A stretch of 64,000 nt of DNA from an uncultured Nitrospinota bacterium (GTDB taxonomy: Bacteria; Tectomicrobia; Entotheonellia; J063; CAVPRW01): positions 88,671-152,670 of the forward strand of contig CAVPRW010000021.1 in the NCBI GenBank assembly GCA_963707985.1, read 5' to 3'. The first letter of the stretch is position 1, and each line of letters opens with the position of its first letter. Of the stretch, positions 55,372 to 64,000 are shown in pieces. Below the pieces are notes generated by a model. The model had not been told where the DNA came from, ran no database searches, and saw only the letters and a program-made list of their open reading frames with translations. The position numbers were made by a program, and so were the translations under genes.

Positions 55372-55920
55372 CTACCTTGACCGCCGGGCGGTGGCGGGGG
55401 GGACAATGCCGTTCAGGCGGAGATAGACGACGAGCTGTCCATAGTGATCAGCCCCGTCTAGGAGCGGCCCCATCCAGAACCCATAGCGGGACACCACCCG
55501 ATCCCCGAACGGAAACTTCACCGGCTCCACCATTTGAGCATCGGTCAGCGACCTGATCAGGGCCTCTCCAGCCTGAAAGGCCTCGGTCAAGAGCCGCACG
55601 ACGTCGGCCTTCTTCATAGGCGTCTGCGGAGAGTCCGACTCGCGTTTGGTGCCGTTTGCGGTGTCGATGAAGCGTTGCACGGTGCCAGCGACATGGACCA
55701 ACTGCTCGCGAAATGTCCGTACCTCCGGCGTCGGCTTAAAGTCATACCGCTCCTCGGGCATGACCTCGGCCACGTCGATCATGTTGGCCGCGGCTCGTGC
55801 CCAAGTCCCCACAAGTTCCTGCGCCAGGCCTGGGGAGGGGCTCTGCGCCGCGAGAGGAGAAGCCGCGAATATGAACAAAATCGCGCCATACCACAGGCGA
55901 ACATAAATGCTGTGATTCAT
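55372..55920 (-). CDS. Secreted DinB/YfiT-family protein
   Basis: Signal peptide, MPEERYDFKPTPEVRTFREQLVH, HYGQLVVYLRLNGIVPP. Confidence 0.85.
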   Translation of the reverse strand: MNHSIYVRLWYGAILFIFAASPLAAQSPSPGLAQELVGTWARAAANMIDVAEVMPEERYDFKPTPEVRTFREQLVHVAGTVQRFIDTANGTKRESDSPQTPMKKADVVRLLTEAFQAGEALIRSLTDAQMVEPVKFPFGDRVVSRYGFWMGPLLDGADHYGQLVVYLRLNGIVPPATARRSR

Positions 55921-56520
55921 GGTGGACTCCCGGTAGGTGAAACCCCTAGCACGTGATACACGTCATGACCGATTGCTCGCGAGACCCGTCGTTCACTCAG
56001 CTGGGTGGCTGGTCCCACACGGACACGCGTATGGGATAGCTGCCTTCGCATCCGATCGTAGCCGACACACGGCCTGTCATGCAACATGATTTCGTAATCC
56101 ACCAAGTAGAAGGGCTGGGGAAGTGGCCACCCGTCAGGGTGTGAACCCCTCACCAGCGGCATGAATGAACCGGCGCACCCGAGTTTAGGATATAATCATA
56201 ATGGTCTGGCGCCTGATCTTCACCCGTGTCGAGTCGATAGGCCCGCTGGGTTCTATGGCCAGCAGCGGACCACTGAGGGTGTTGAACCGACGCGCCTGGC
56301 GTGCGGGGCCGAGATTGGATCCGCGTGACAGCCGACGCCACCTCCCGGGAAAGGTGATGTGCCCACACACACAAAGGCAAGGAGATGCAATCCCATGGCC
56401 GGCGCGGGTGTTCCCGAGGTCTAAGGGCGCCAGCATGCTGGTGAGACATATGGGCAACCACCCCATCGAAGGTCCCGCCTACCCATGGCAGACATCCATG
56501 GTGAGCATGCCGGGCGGACT

Positions 56521-57732
56521 ATGGGACCACACACCCGAATGAGCGTCCGGAGTCCCCTCCGTAATCGCCAATTCCGCTGGTTGTGGGTCTCAGCGCTCGC
56601 GTCATACACTGGCACGTGGCTGCAGCACACGGCCGCGGCCTGGCTGATGACGTCGTTTACCAGCTCACCTGCCATGGTAGCCCTCGTGCCGGCGGCGAGT
56701 AGTCTACCTGTCTTACTAGCGATTTTGCCAGCGGGGGCCATGGCGGACGTCTGCGACCGCCGTCGCCTGCTGCTGGTGACGCAATCGTGGATGGCTGGAA
56801 TGGCGGCGGTGCTGGGAGTGTTAACTATTGGCCATGCCGTCACCCCGTGGCTGCTGCTCCTGTTGACCTTCCTCCTCGGCCTCGGGGCTGCCATGAATGA
56901 TCCTGCCTGGCAGGCGATCACACCGGAGATCGTTGCCCCCGAACAATTGGCCCCGGCGGTGGCTTTGAATTCGTCCGGTTATAATATGGCCCGAGCCGTG
57001 GGGCCGGCGCTCGCTGGGGCCATTCTGGCAATAGCTGGACCCGGCGTCGCCTTCCTGCTCAATGCCCTGTCGTTTTCTGGAGTCGTAATCTATTTGTGCC
57101 GCTGGGAGCGGGCCTCTGATCAGGTTTCCTACCCTCCAGATCGCTTCTGGACGGCGCTTGTGGTGGGGATGCGCTATCTGCACGGCTCCCCAGGGATGCG
57201 GGCGTTGCTCATCCGCACAGGTCTGTTCAGTTTCTTTGCCAGTGCGCTATGGGCCTTGCTGCCGTCACTTGCCCGCCCTTACGGTGCCATCTGGTTTGGC
57301 GCCCTCCTCGGTGTGTTTGGCCTCGGCACCTTCGTGGGCGCCGCGGTGCTCGGGGCTGTTCGTGGGTGGCTCCCCGTGGATGGGCTGGTCGTAGCAGCTT
57401 CGGTCTTTTTCGCTATCTCACTTATGGCGCTAGCATCCGCGCCACGGTTCACCTGGGTTTGCATCGGTTTGTTTGCTGCCGGCATCGGGTGGATTGTCAT
57501 GCTGGCGACCCTGAACGTCGCCGCCCACACCCAGTCTCCGACCTGGATACGCGCACGGTCCTTGTCCGGCTACGTATTGATCCTGCAAGGTGGCATGGCC
57601 GCCGGCAGTGCCGTTTGGGGTGCGATTGCCAGCGGCTATGGTCTAGGCACGGCACTCACACTCGCGGGTGCTGGGTTGCTGGCAGGGCTGCTGACAATGC
57701 GGCAGTACCCCCTGGGTTCGAGGGGTGAGTAA
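56521..57732 (+). CDS. MFS transporter (MFS_3/DUF894-like)
   Basis: SPLRNRQFRWLW, GAMADVCDRRRLL, PAWQAI, NMARAVGPALAG; about 12 TM. Confidence 0.9.
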   Translation: MGPHTRMSVRSPLRNRQFRWLWVSALASYTGTWLQHTAAAWLMTSFTSSPAMVALVPAASSLPVLLAILPAGAMADVCDRRRLLLVTQSWMAGMAAVLGVLTIGHAVTPWLLLLLTFLLGLGAAMNDPAWQAITPEIVAPEQLAPAVALNSSGYNMARAVGPALAGAILAIAGPGVAFLLNALSFSGVVIYLCRWERASDQVSYPPDRFWTALVVGMRYLHGSPGMRALLIRTGLFSFFASALWALLPSLARPYGAIWFGALLGVFGLGTFVGAAVLGAVRGWLPVDGLVVAASVFFAISLMALASAPRFTWVCIGLFAAGIGWIVMLATLNVAAHTQSPTWIRARSLSGYVLILQGGMAAGSAVWGAIASGYGLGTALTLAGAGLLAGLLTMRQYPLGSRGE

Positions 57733-57759
57733 TGCGTCAAGCCCTCGGGGGGGATTCGT

Positions 57760-59562
57760 CTATACCTCTCGATACCAAAACGCCAGATCCCACAGAATCG
57801 AGTCCCAGGGGCTCAATGCCATGCCCCTGAGCGTATGGCTGACCGCGGACACTTCCTGACGCCAGACCACGGGTATGACCACCACATCCTCGACTAACAG
57901 ATCATTCATACGGATGAAAATGGCAGCCCGCGTGGTCGGGTCCATCTCGTTCTCCGCCTGCTTCCAGAGGCGATCGTACTCGGCATTGGCCCAACGCACG
58001 AAGTTCCGGCCTGCCCAGTTGTTGGCCCTTTGTGCGATCTCCCAACTCACGAATAGGCGCATTGGCCCCTGCGGATCGAACCCAAGGCTCTGGGCAGACA
58101 TCTGCATGTCCGCGTAAAAGTGAGAGTACGTCTCCGGATTGCCTGGGTCGCTCGCGAAAAAGACGTTGGCGGGTACCGCCTTCAGCTCAACCTCGATGCC
58201 GATTTGCTCCAACGCTTTCTTGACGATAGCCTGCGTCTTCTGGCGGACAGGGTTGGCCGAGGTCTGAAACAGGACCTTCATGCGACGGTCGTCTTTGCGG
58301 CGAATGCCATCGCTTGCCCGCTTCCAGCCGGACTGGTCGAGTAAGCGGGCGGCCTTCTCCAGGTCGAACTCCCAACGTGTATTGGGCGACCTGAACTGCG
58401 GAGGAGTGTTGAGCACGTCGCCGGTGGGTTGGCCAGCCGTGCCGTATAGTTGCTCGGCGATGGTGCGCCGGTCAACAGCCGCCGCATAGGCCTGGCGCAC
58501 CTGGATGTCGGTGAAAAAAGGGTGTGGCACCTTGAGGCTGCTGCGCTCGCCATCCACCTCGGTCCAGGGATCCGAGCGATTGAGATCGATGTGCTCGACA
58601 CTGGTACCCGGAAACATACGGAACGCACCCTTACGTCCCTGTTGAGTCAACCGCTCCCGGATATCCTTCTCGATCTGGGTGTTCCAGGCGAAATCGAACT
58701 CTCCAGTCTGGATCACAGCCCGTGCCGCGGAGGTCGCATCCCCACCCCCCTTGAGTTCCACAGTGTCGAAGAAGGGGCGGTTGGGTATGTGATAGTGGGG
58801 ATTGATCTCATAGTGTGCCACATCGCCCGGCTTGAACTCGACGATCTTGTAGGGCCCGGTGCCGACCGGTTTGAGGTTGTACGGGGCATTGCGTGCCTTC
58901 GAGCCGTGGTATTGGGTGAAGAGATGCTTGGGCAGTACCTGTCCTCCTGACACATACCAACGAGGGGTGGGGTCGGTAAACACCACCCTGACCGTATGCT
59001 CGTCGAGTTTCTCGATGCGGTGGATATTTTCATAGAGGCCGCGGGAGACGGTACCAGTGGCCGGGTCAGAGGTATACTCCCAGGTAAAAACCACATCATC
59101 GGCGGTAAAGGGGGTGCCGTCATGCCAGACTACCCCCTGTTTGAGGCGCCAGATGGTCCAGGTGCCGTCCTGCGAACGGCTGCCCCCCTCGACACTGGGG
59201 ATCTCCGCCGCCAGGATCGGGATGAAATGGCCATCGGGGTCGATGGAGAATAACGGTTCGGAGACGACGCGCGACGCGGCGACGTCTTTCGCGCTGACGG
59301 CAAAATGGGCGTTGAGGATCGTCGGCGCCTGCCAATACAGCAGGCGCAGCTTCCCGCCACCCCCTCTCCGGATGGGAGTGAAGGCTGGTGGTAGGGCTCC
59401 GGTCCCCTGAGCCGTCGGGAGCGTCTGTGCCGCGAGCATCTCAGCGATGAGGGGACCTGCGAGCCCAAACCCCAGCATGGCACGGATGAAGTCACGGCGG
59501 TTCGCCTCCCCCGTAGCGGCCCGACGCACCCATCGGCGCAGGTCGTGTTCGTCAAGTGCCAT
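57760..59562 (-). CDS. Peptide ABC transporter solute-binding protein (family 5, Tat signal)
   Basis: NRRDFI Tat motif, WQAPTILN, WHDGTPFTADDVVFTW, PVGTGPY. Confidence 0.92.
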   Translation of the reverse strand: MALDEHDLRRWVRRAATGEANRRDFIRAMLGFGLAGPLIAEMLAAQTLPTAQGTGALPPAFTPIRRGGGGKLRLLYWQAPTILNAHFAVSAKDVAASRVVSEPLFSIDPDGHFIPILAAEIPSVEGGSRSQDGTWTIWRLKQGVVWHDGTPFTADDVVFTWEYTSDPATGTVSRGLYENIHRIEKLDEHTVRVVFTDPTPRWYVSGGQVLPKHLFTQYHGSKARNAPYNLKPVGTGPYKIVEFKPGDVAHYEINPHYHIPNRPFFDTVELKGGGDATSAARAVIQTGEFDFAWNTQIEKDIRERLTQQGRKGAFRMFPGTSVEHIDLNRSDPWTEVDGERSSLKVPHPFFTDIQVRQAYAAAVDRRTIAEQLYGTAGQPTGDVLNTPPQFRSPNTRWEFDLEKAARLLDQSGWKRASDGIRRKDDRRMKVLFQTSANPVRQKTQAIVKKALEQIGIEVELKAVPANVFFASDPGNPETYSHFYADMQMSAQSLGFDPQGPMRLFVSWEIAQRANNWAGRNFVRWANAEYDRLWKQAENEMDPTTRAAIFIRMNDLLVEDVVVIPVVWRQEVSAVSHTLRGMALSPWDSILWDLAFWYREV

Positions 59563-60012
59563 CCGTACCTCCCTTAAGCATCCGCAGCCTCGCCACATGC
59601 CAGCTCCTGCATACCGTTCGGCCAGAGCATTTCATTGTATTATCTCAGAAGGATGTGCCGCATGTAAAGAAACCTGAGTCTTCGACGAGGGGTTGCCCGA
59701 TCGTTCCATTTCGAGGCGGCCAAACTTCTTGGCTAAGGGAGGATGTTTGAGTACTTCGTAAGCGGCATACGATCCGGGTTTTTGGCGCAACGCAAAGGCA
59801 CCATGACGCGCTTCAGCCTATGCACAAGCCACGGCGACCCTCGGTCTGCCTCCAGGCTGGTCGAATCTGCTCACCGCGATAGGCTGGTGGTACCTCTCCC
59901 CCACCGACCTCCCGGCGTCGAGCTTCTATAGCTCCCAGAACACATCAAAGGATTTACGCGGAGGGCACGTCCCCTTCTAGCCTACCTCCTCCTGCGTAGC
60001 TTGGCTTACGCG

Positions 60013-60630
60013 TCATCTTAATGCCATAAATCTTGCCTGCTGCTGGCGGAGCCGCTTCCTGGCCCGGGAAAGATAGCCACTTACGGTCCCGCGACTCATG
60101 CCTTCAGCCTGGGCCAACTCATCCTCTGAAAGCTCTTCCAGATGGCGCCTGATGAACAGGATGCTGTGAGCACCGAGAACGGTCTGCAACTCCTGCAACG
60201 TCTTTCTCAGGACATTTTTGCGCACGGCAGACGCTTCAGGATCGGGCATGGACCGAGCGTGTGGATTCTCACGAGCGCTCATAAGGTTATCATGGCCGTC
60301 ACAGAAACGTTGGCGTAGTCTGGCCCGCCGCACCGCATCGACAATCACGTGATGGGCGATGCTCCGCAGCCAAGTTCCCAGACCCGCTTCACCCCGGAAG
60401 CGGCTGATGCTCACATAGGCGCGGCAGAGCACTTCCTGGGCCAAATCCTCACTATCTACCTGCCTGTTGGCACGGTCATGCAACCTGGTTTGGATGAATC
60501 GGCACAGCGGTTCCCATTGCTCTTCATAGAGTGCTTCCCATACCTGCCGATCACGTCTCCGTAACCTATCCAAGAATTCAGGGGTGTTGAAACGGCTTGG
60601 CTTATGCATCATGCACCCCGAAGTTATCAT
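60013..60630 (-). CDS. ECF sigma factor
   Basis: Region 2 DSEDLAQEV..FRGEAGLGTWLRSIA, region 4 ELAQAEGMSRGTVSGYLSRARKRLR. Confidence 0.88.
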   Translation of the reverse strand: MITSGCMMHKPSRFNTPEFLDRLRRRDRQVWEALYEEQWEPLCRFIQTRLHDRANRQVDSEDLAQEVLCRAYVSISRFRGEAGLGTWLRSIAHHVIVDAVRRARLRQRFCDGHDNLMSARENPHARSMPDPEASAVRKNVLRKTLQELQTVLGAHSILFIRRHLEELSEDELAQAEGMSRGTVSGYLSRARKRLRQQQARFMALR

Positions 60631-61115
60631 GAATTATCCCGTCCCTCAGCCTTGAGACTTATATGGTATACGTCACTTGACGGCGCTTGCAAGACTATCA
60701 GCCAGCGCGTAGGTACCAGAGTCATCTACAAAATCATGTCGTTGAAGCTCCCTTGCCTACCTTGATGAAAGGGGAGGACTATGAGTGCGCATGGCGGATC
60801 GAGTGAACGCTAGAGGGAAGACAGTATCCATCCACAGGACGGAGCAGCAGGCTACATAGCAGCAGTCAGCACCCTAATCAACGGCTTATCTTCACTGTGA
60901 GGCTCTTTGTGGCCATACTCATCCTGGTTGAGATGGTGCAATTCGAGGATCCACTGGGGGGGCAAGAGGTGACGGCTCGCGGTGGGGGGATCCACGGCTG
61001 CGCCGGAAGTGGGGAAGCCATCCACCCTGCATATCAGGGGTAAGGGTAAATGGTGGCGACCGGAGCACGTGGAGTACCAGAGCGCAAACGGCCTGCACCT
61101 GATCCCGCGACATCC

Positions 61116-61640
61116 CTAGCCGGGTGATCGAGGCAGCCAGCCGTAATGATCATAGAGATTCTCCCCTGGATAATCGAAGGCGAGATCTGTCGTCACGACG
61201 AGGGCATCGATGTTGCCCGGTAATGGTGGTAACGGCTTGATCCGATTCACGAGTTGCGCGAGCTGATCGCGCAGGGCAGACACGCCACTCACCTCTACAA
61301 CCTCGGTTTCTCGGATGGATCCGTCCCTCCCAATTGTGAGCTTCAATTCAGCAGTACCCTGCTGCTTTAATTGCATCGCCGCCACTTGCAGACGGTCCCG
61401 GACATAGGCCGCATATTCATCGACGGTGTTCGGTGACCGCTCTAACAGTATGGTTGAGGTTGACGGTGCTCCTATGGTTGTCTCTCGTTCCATAGTACTA
61501 CTTCGTCCCGTGGAGCGCATCTCCCCCGGTTCATGTGCGGCAGTCCACCCTGTTGTGACGCTTAATGGCGCTGCCATGAGGCCGAAGGTAACAATCATGG
61601 AGGCAACATGTCGTCGAGTGAACAGATGTTTTTCTATCAT
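61116..61640 (-). CDS. Exported protein with TonB/TolA C-terminal-like domain
   Basis: Signal-like N-terminus, YAAYVRDRL..AELKLTIGRDGSI..EVSG..PLPPLP. AAGGAGG RBS. Confidence 0.65.
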   Translation of the reverse strand: MIEKHLFTRRHVASMIVTFGLMAAPLSVTTGWTAAHEPGEMRSTGRSSTMERETTIGAPSTSTILLERSPNTVDEYAAYVRDRLQVAAMQLKQQGTAELKLTIGRDGSIRETEVVEVSGVSALRDQLAQLVNRIKPLPPLPGNIDALVVTTDLAFDYPGENLYDHYGWLPRSPG

Positions 61641-62074
61641 TTTCGATCCTCCTTATGGCTTCGGGACATTCCATGGGACGCTTGAGATGCCACGCCCAAT
61701 CGGGATCGTCGAGAGGTCTCCCTGTCGGTGGCCGATTTTACAGGACGATGTCGTCCAGTCGTGGGCTTCCGCGCCTCATGGAATGATCGGTTCATCGAGC
61801 CCGCGATCCCAATCTTGCTTCGCGAGAGCCGCATTGCACGCTGCATCGATGCTCTGCTTGCCAGTCGAGATCAGGTATTGGTTAGTCGGGCAAGGTCAGT
61901 TAATACCTACAGCCTCTAGAATAATTTTTACCCCTGGCGCCCCTGGCGGTCAACACTGCCGACCTTGTACGGGTGGCTAAAGATGGTGCGGGAGCCCGAT
62001 GTCGAGGTAAGGATCAGCGGATTGCAAAGGGGATAGGGGTCAGGCTTGAATAAGTGAATGAGTAGCGGTCATGG

Positions 62075-62473
62075 CTAGAACCACTGACAAGGCGATCGAC
62101 ATAGGACGGCGCCCAGTACGTCGAACGTCACAGACTTGCTGATGTAATCGTCCATACCAGCGGCCAGGCAGTCCTCACGGTCGCCTGGCATCGCATTTGC
62201 GGTCATGGCAATTATCGGCACATGTCGGCCCGTGGACGCCTCGCGTAGGCGGATTGCCGCCGTCGCCGCAAAGCCGTCCAACTCCGGCATCTGACAGTCC
62301 ATCAAGACAACATCGTAGGCAAACTGCGCTAGCATGGTGACCGCTTCCTGGCCGTTCGCTGCCACGTCGATCCGACAGCCCAATTTCTCGAGTAGGCGCA
62401 CCGCCACTTTTTGATTGATCACATTGTCTTCGGCCACCAGCACATGAACGTGCATCTGGATTCTCTGCACCAT
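62075..62473 (-). CDS. Receiver domain (hybrid-kinase type), probably a remnant
   Basis: [36 protein letters not shown]. Confidence 0.8.
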   Translation of the reverse strand: MVQRIQMHVHVLVAEDNVINQKVAVRLLEKLGCRIDVAANGQEAVTMLAQFAYDVVLMDCQMPELDGFAATAAIRLREASTGRHVPIIAMTANAMPGDREDCLAAGMDDYISKSVTFDVLGAVLCRSPCQWF

Positions 62474-62587
62474 ACTGACGGTAGGTGACTGGCGAGACGG
62501 CTCTCGCCTCGCCAGCTGCGCCCATCATGGTTACCAGACAGTTCTATAGGTGGGATTCGGTCGAACCGAACAAAGGTACCAAAAGTT

Positions 62588-64000
62588 TCATAGGAGGCCA
62601 TCAGGAGCGACGTGAGGGACGTTCCGCTCTGTGTACCCTCGATTCTGGCTGATCTGTATCGCCGAATCGTTGGGCCCGCGTAACCCGACCGAATCCTGGA
62701 GCCTCTCGTCGGAGAAATCGTACTCGCCGTGGAGATTAATGTGGCGCCAACTCACCACGGAGCCGTGTTGCACCGCCGCGAGGAGTGCATGCCGGCGCGC
62801 GACGTCGTGCTCCTCCGTGATCTTCTGGGTGAGATAGAGATAGTTCCAGCAGATGATGACGTTCTTGATGAGGCGGCGGCAGCCCTCGGCGATTTCCTGC
62901 TCGACTTTGTCCCCGTAGAGGAAGTCCTGGTTGTTCCCGAAGGCGATCGCGCGCGAGAACTGATTGGCGCTCTCGCCTTTGTTGAGCTGTTGTTCACCGG
63001 CCTGACGGAGCTCGACCTCATCGACGAAACGCAGCATGAAGTCCAATTTGGGGATTTTGCCAAACTCCTTGAGTGCCTGATACAGCGGGTGCTGCCTGGA
63101 GTAGGAGTTGAGCCGTCTGAACAGCTGAGACGCGGTCGTTTCTTTGAGCTTGATGGTGGCGATAAAGCGTAACACCTCGTCCCACTGCGCGGCGATCATC
63201 GGCAGTTTGATATATCCGTCCGGTAGGAGCCGATACCCTTGCTGCGCATAGACCCTCCGGGTGTTGAAGGCATAGAGCTGTTGGCCAGGCAGGTGCTTGA
63301 TCCGCGGCGCAAAGGAAAACCCCAGCACATGCAGCGTGCCAAAGATGATTTCGCTATAGCCATGGGTATCCGTCGAATGGAGGTCGCTTTTGACGACGTC
63401 ATTGTGCATCAGCCCGTCAATGACGTCGTGCGCTTCGCGTTCAGCCGCGCTGATGACGGCGTGATGCCACAGGAAATGTCGTTCGTCGAGGCAGGTATAG
63501 GCACTGACACCTTGGTCCTTGCCGACATACTTGAAAGAGTAGTTGGCATTCAGCGAGTCCACGGCCACGCCGTATTTCTGGCCATCACTCGGGGTATGCA
63601 GTCGACCGGCGTGGCGGCGATAGATCTCGGGGAGCTCCGACCGGTCCATGAACTGTACGACCCGGTCATTGGCCGCATGCAGGTTGTCGAGGGTAAAGTA
63701 GCCGTTAATCGTGGTTTCGAGTTCGGACTCGTTGATCCACTTGGAAATCCGGGCGATTTTGCCAATGCCGATGAAGCATCCGTAGCCGACGATCCCGGCC
63801 AGAAAGGTCTTCTCCGGGGGCTTCGTGCGGGCATACTGGACATGCCAGGGCGTAAAAGCCTCCAGAAACCCAGTGAGCCGATTGATGGTCGAGAGCACTT
63901 CTACCAGGGAGATATACCGCTGGGCGGGGAGGAGGTGACGTAGTGGTTCACGCTCATCCTCCCGGGCTTTCGGGGTGGAGACGTGGAACGTCCCATCTTT
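62588..64000 (-). mobile_element. tnpA: Tn3-family transposase (C-terminal part, runs off the window)
   Basis: SDGQKY, HSTDTHGY, FAPRIK, LNKGE, WRHINLHGEYDF DDE_Tnp_Tn3 motifs. Confidence 0.92.

Noticed and set aside
60468-60482. Sigma54-like TGGCACG..TGCA
   Set aside because: GG-GC spacing is one base short and it lies inside the ECF gene.
62037-62058. GGGGTCAGGCTTGAAT as a mobile-element end
   Set aside because: Single copy with no partner repeat or associated transposase recognised nearby.
1-64000. CRISPR array, rRNA or tRNA genes
   Set aside because: No regularly spaced direct repeats or recognisable structural-RNA signatures were seen by eye.

Overview
GC-rich bacterial chromosomal segment. 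The gene style resembles Deltaproteobacteria, Ca. Tectomicrobia or Rokubacteria, but that placement is only an impression. In order it contains: recJ; a type II secretion operon (exeA/gspA, gspB-like TPR gene, gspC, D, E, F, L, M, no pseudopilins); a compact 4-gene biosynthetic-type cassette (methyltransferase, FAD oxidoreductase, SRPBCC cyclase, FabF-like ketosynthase); a pseudo-HtrA/HAD pair; threonine dehydratase-selA-selB; a dcw cluster from mraZ to ftsZ-pgeF lacking murF, murD and ddl; assorted metabolic genes; a STAS-HATPase / STAS-wHTH pair in front of a class II ribonucleotide reductase with a perfect palindrome at the promoter; and a decayed accessory region (kinase stub, truncated hicAB, orphan solute-binding proteins, ECF sigma) ending in a Tn3-family transposase. 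Many genes in the first ~14 kb are frameshifted, most likely from sequencing or consensus errors. The best novelty candidates are the putative partner-switching regulator of nrdJ, the KS/cyclase/MT/oxidoreductase cassette, a possible C-terminal selenocysteine in an FmdB zinc-ribbon protein, and a promoter-driven rod-like RNA near 44.45-44.61 kb. All calls come from reading motifs by eye; no searches were run.
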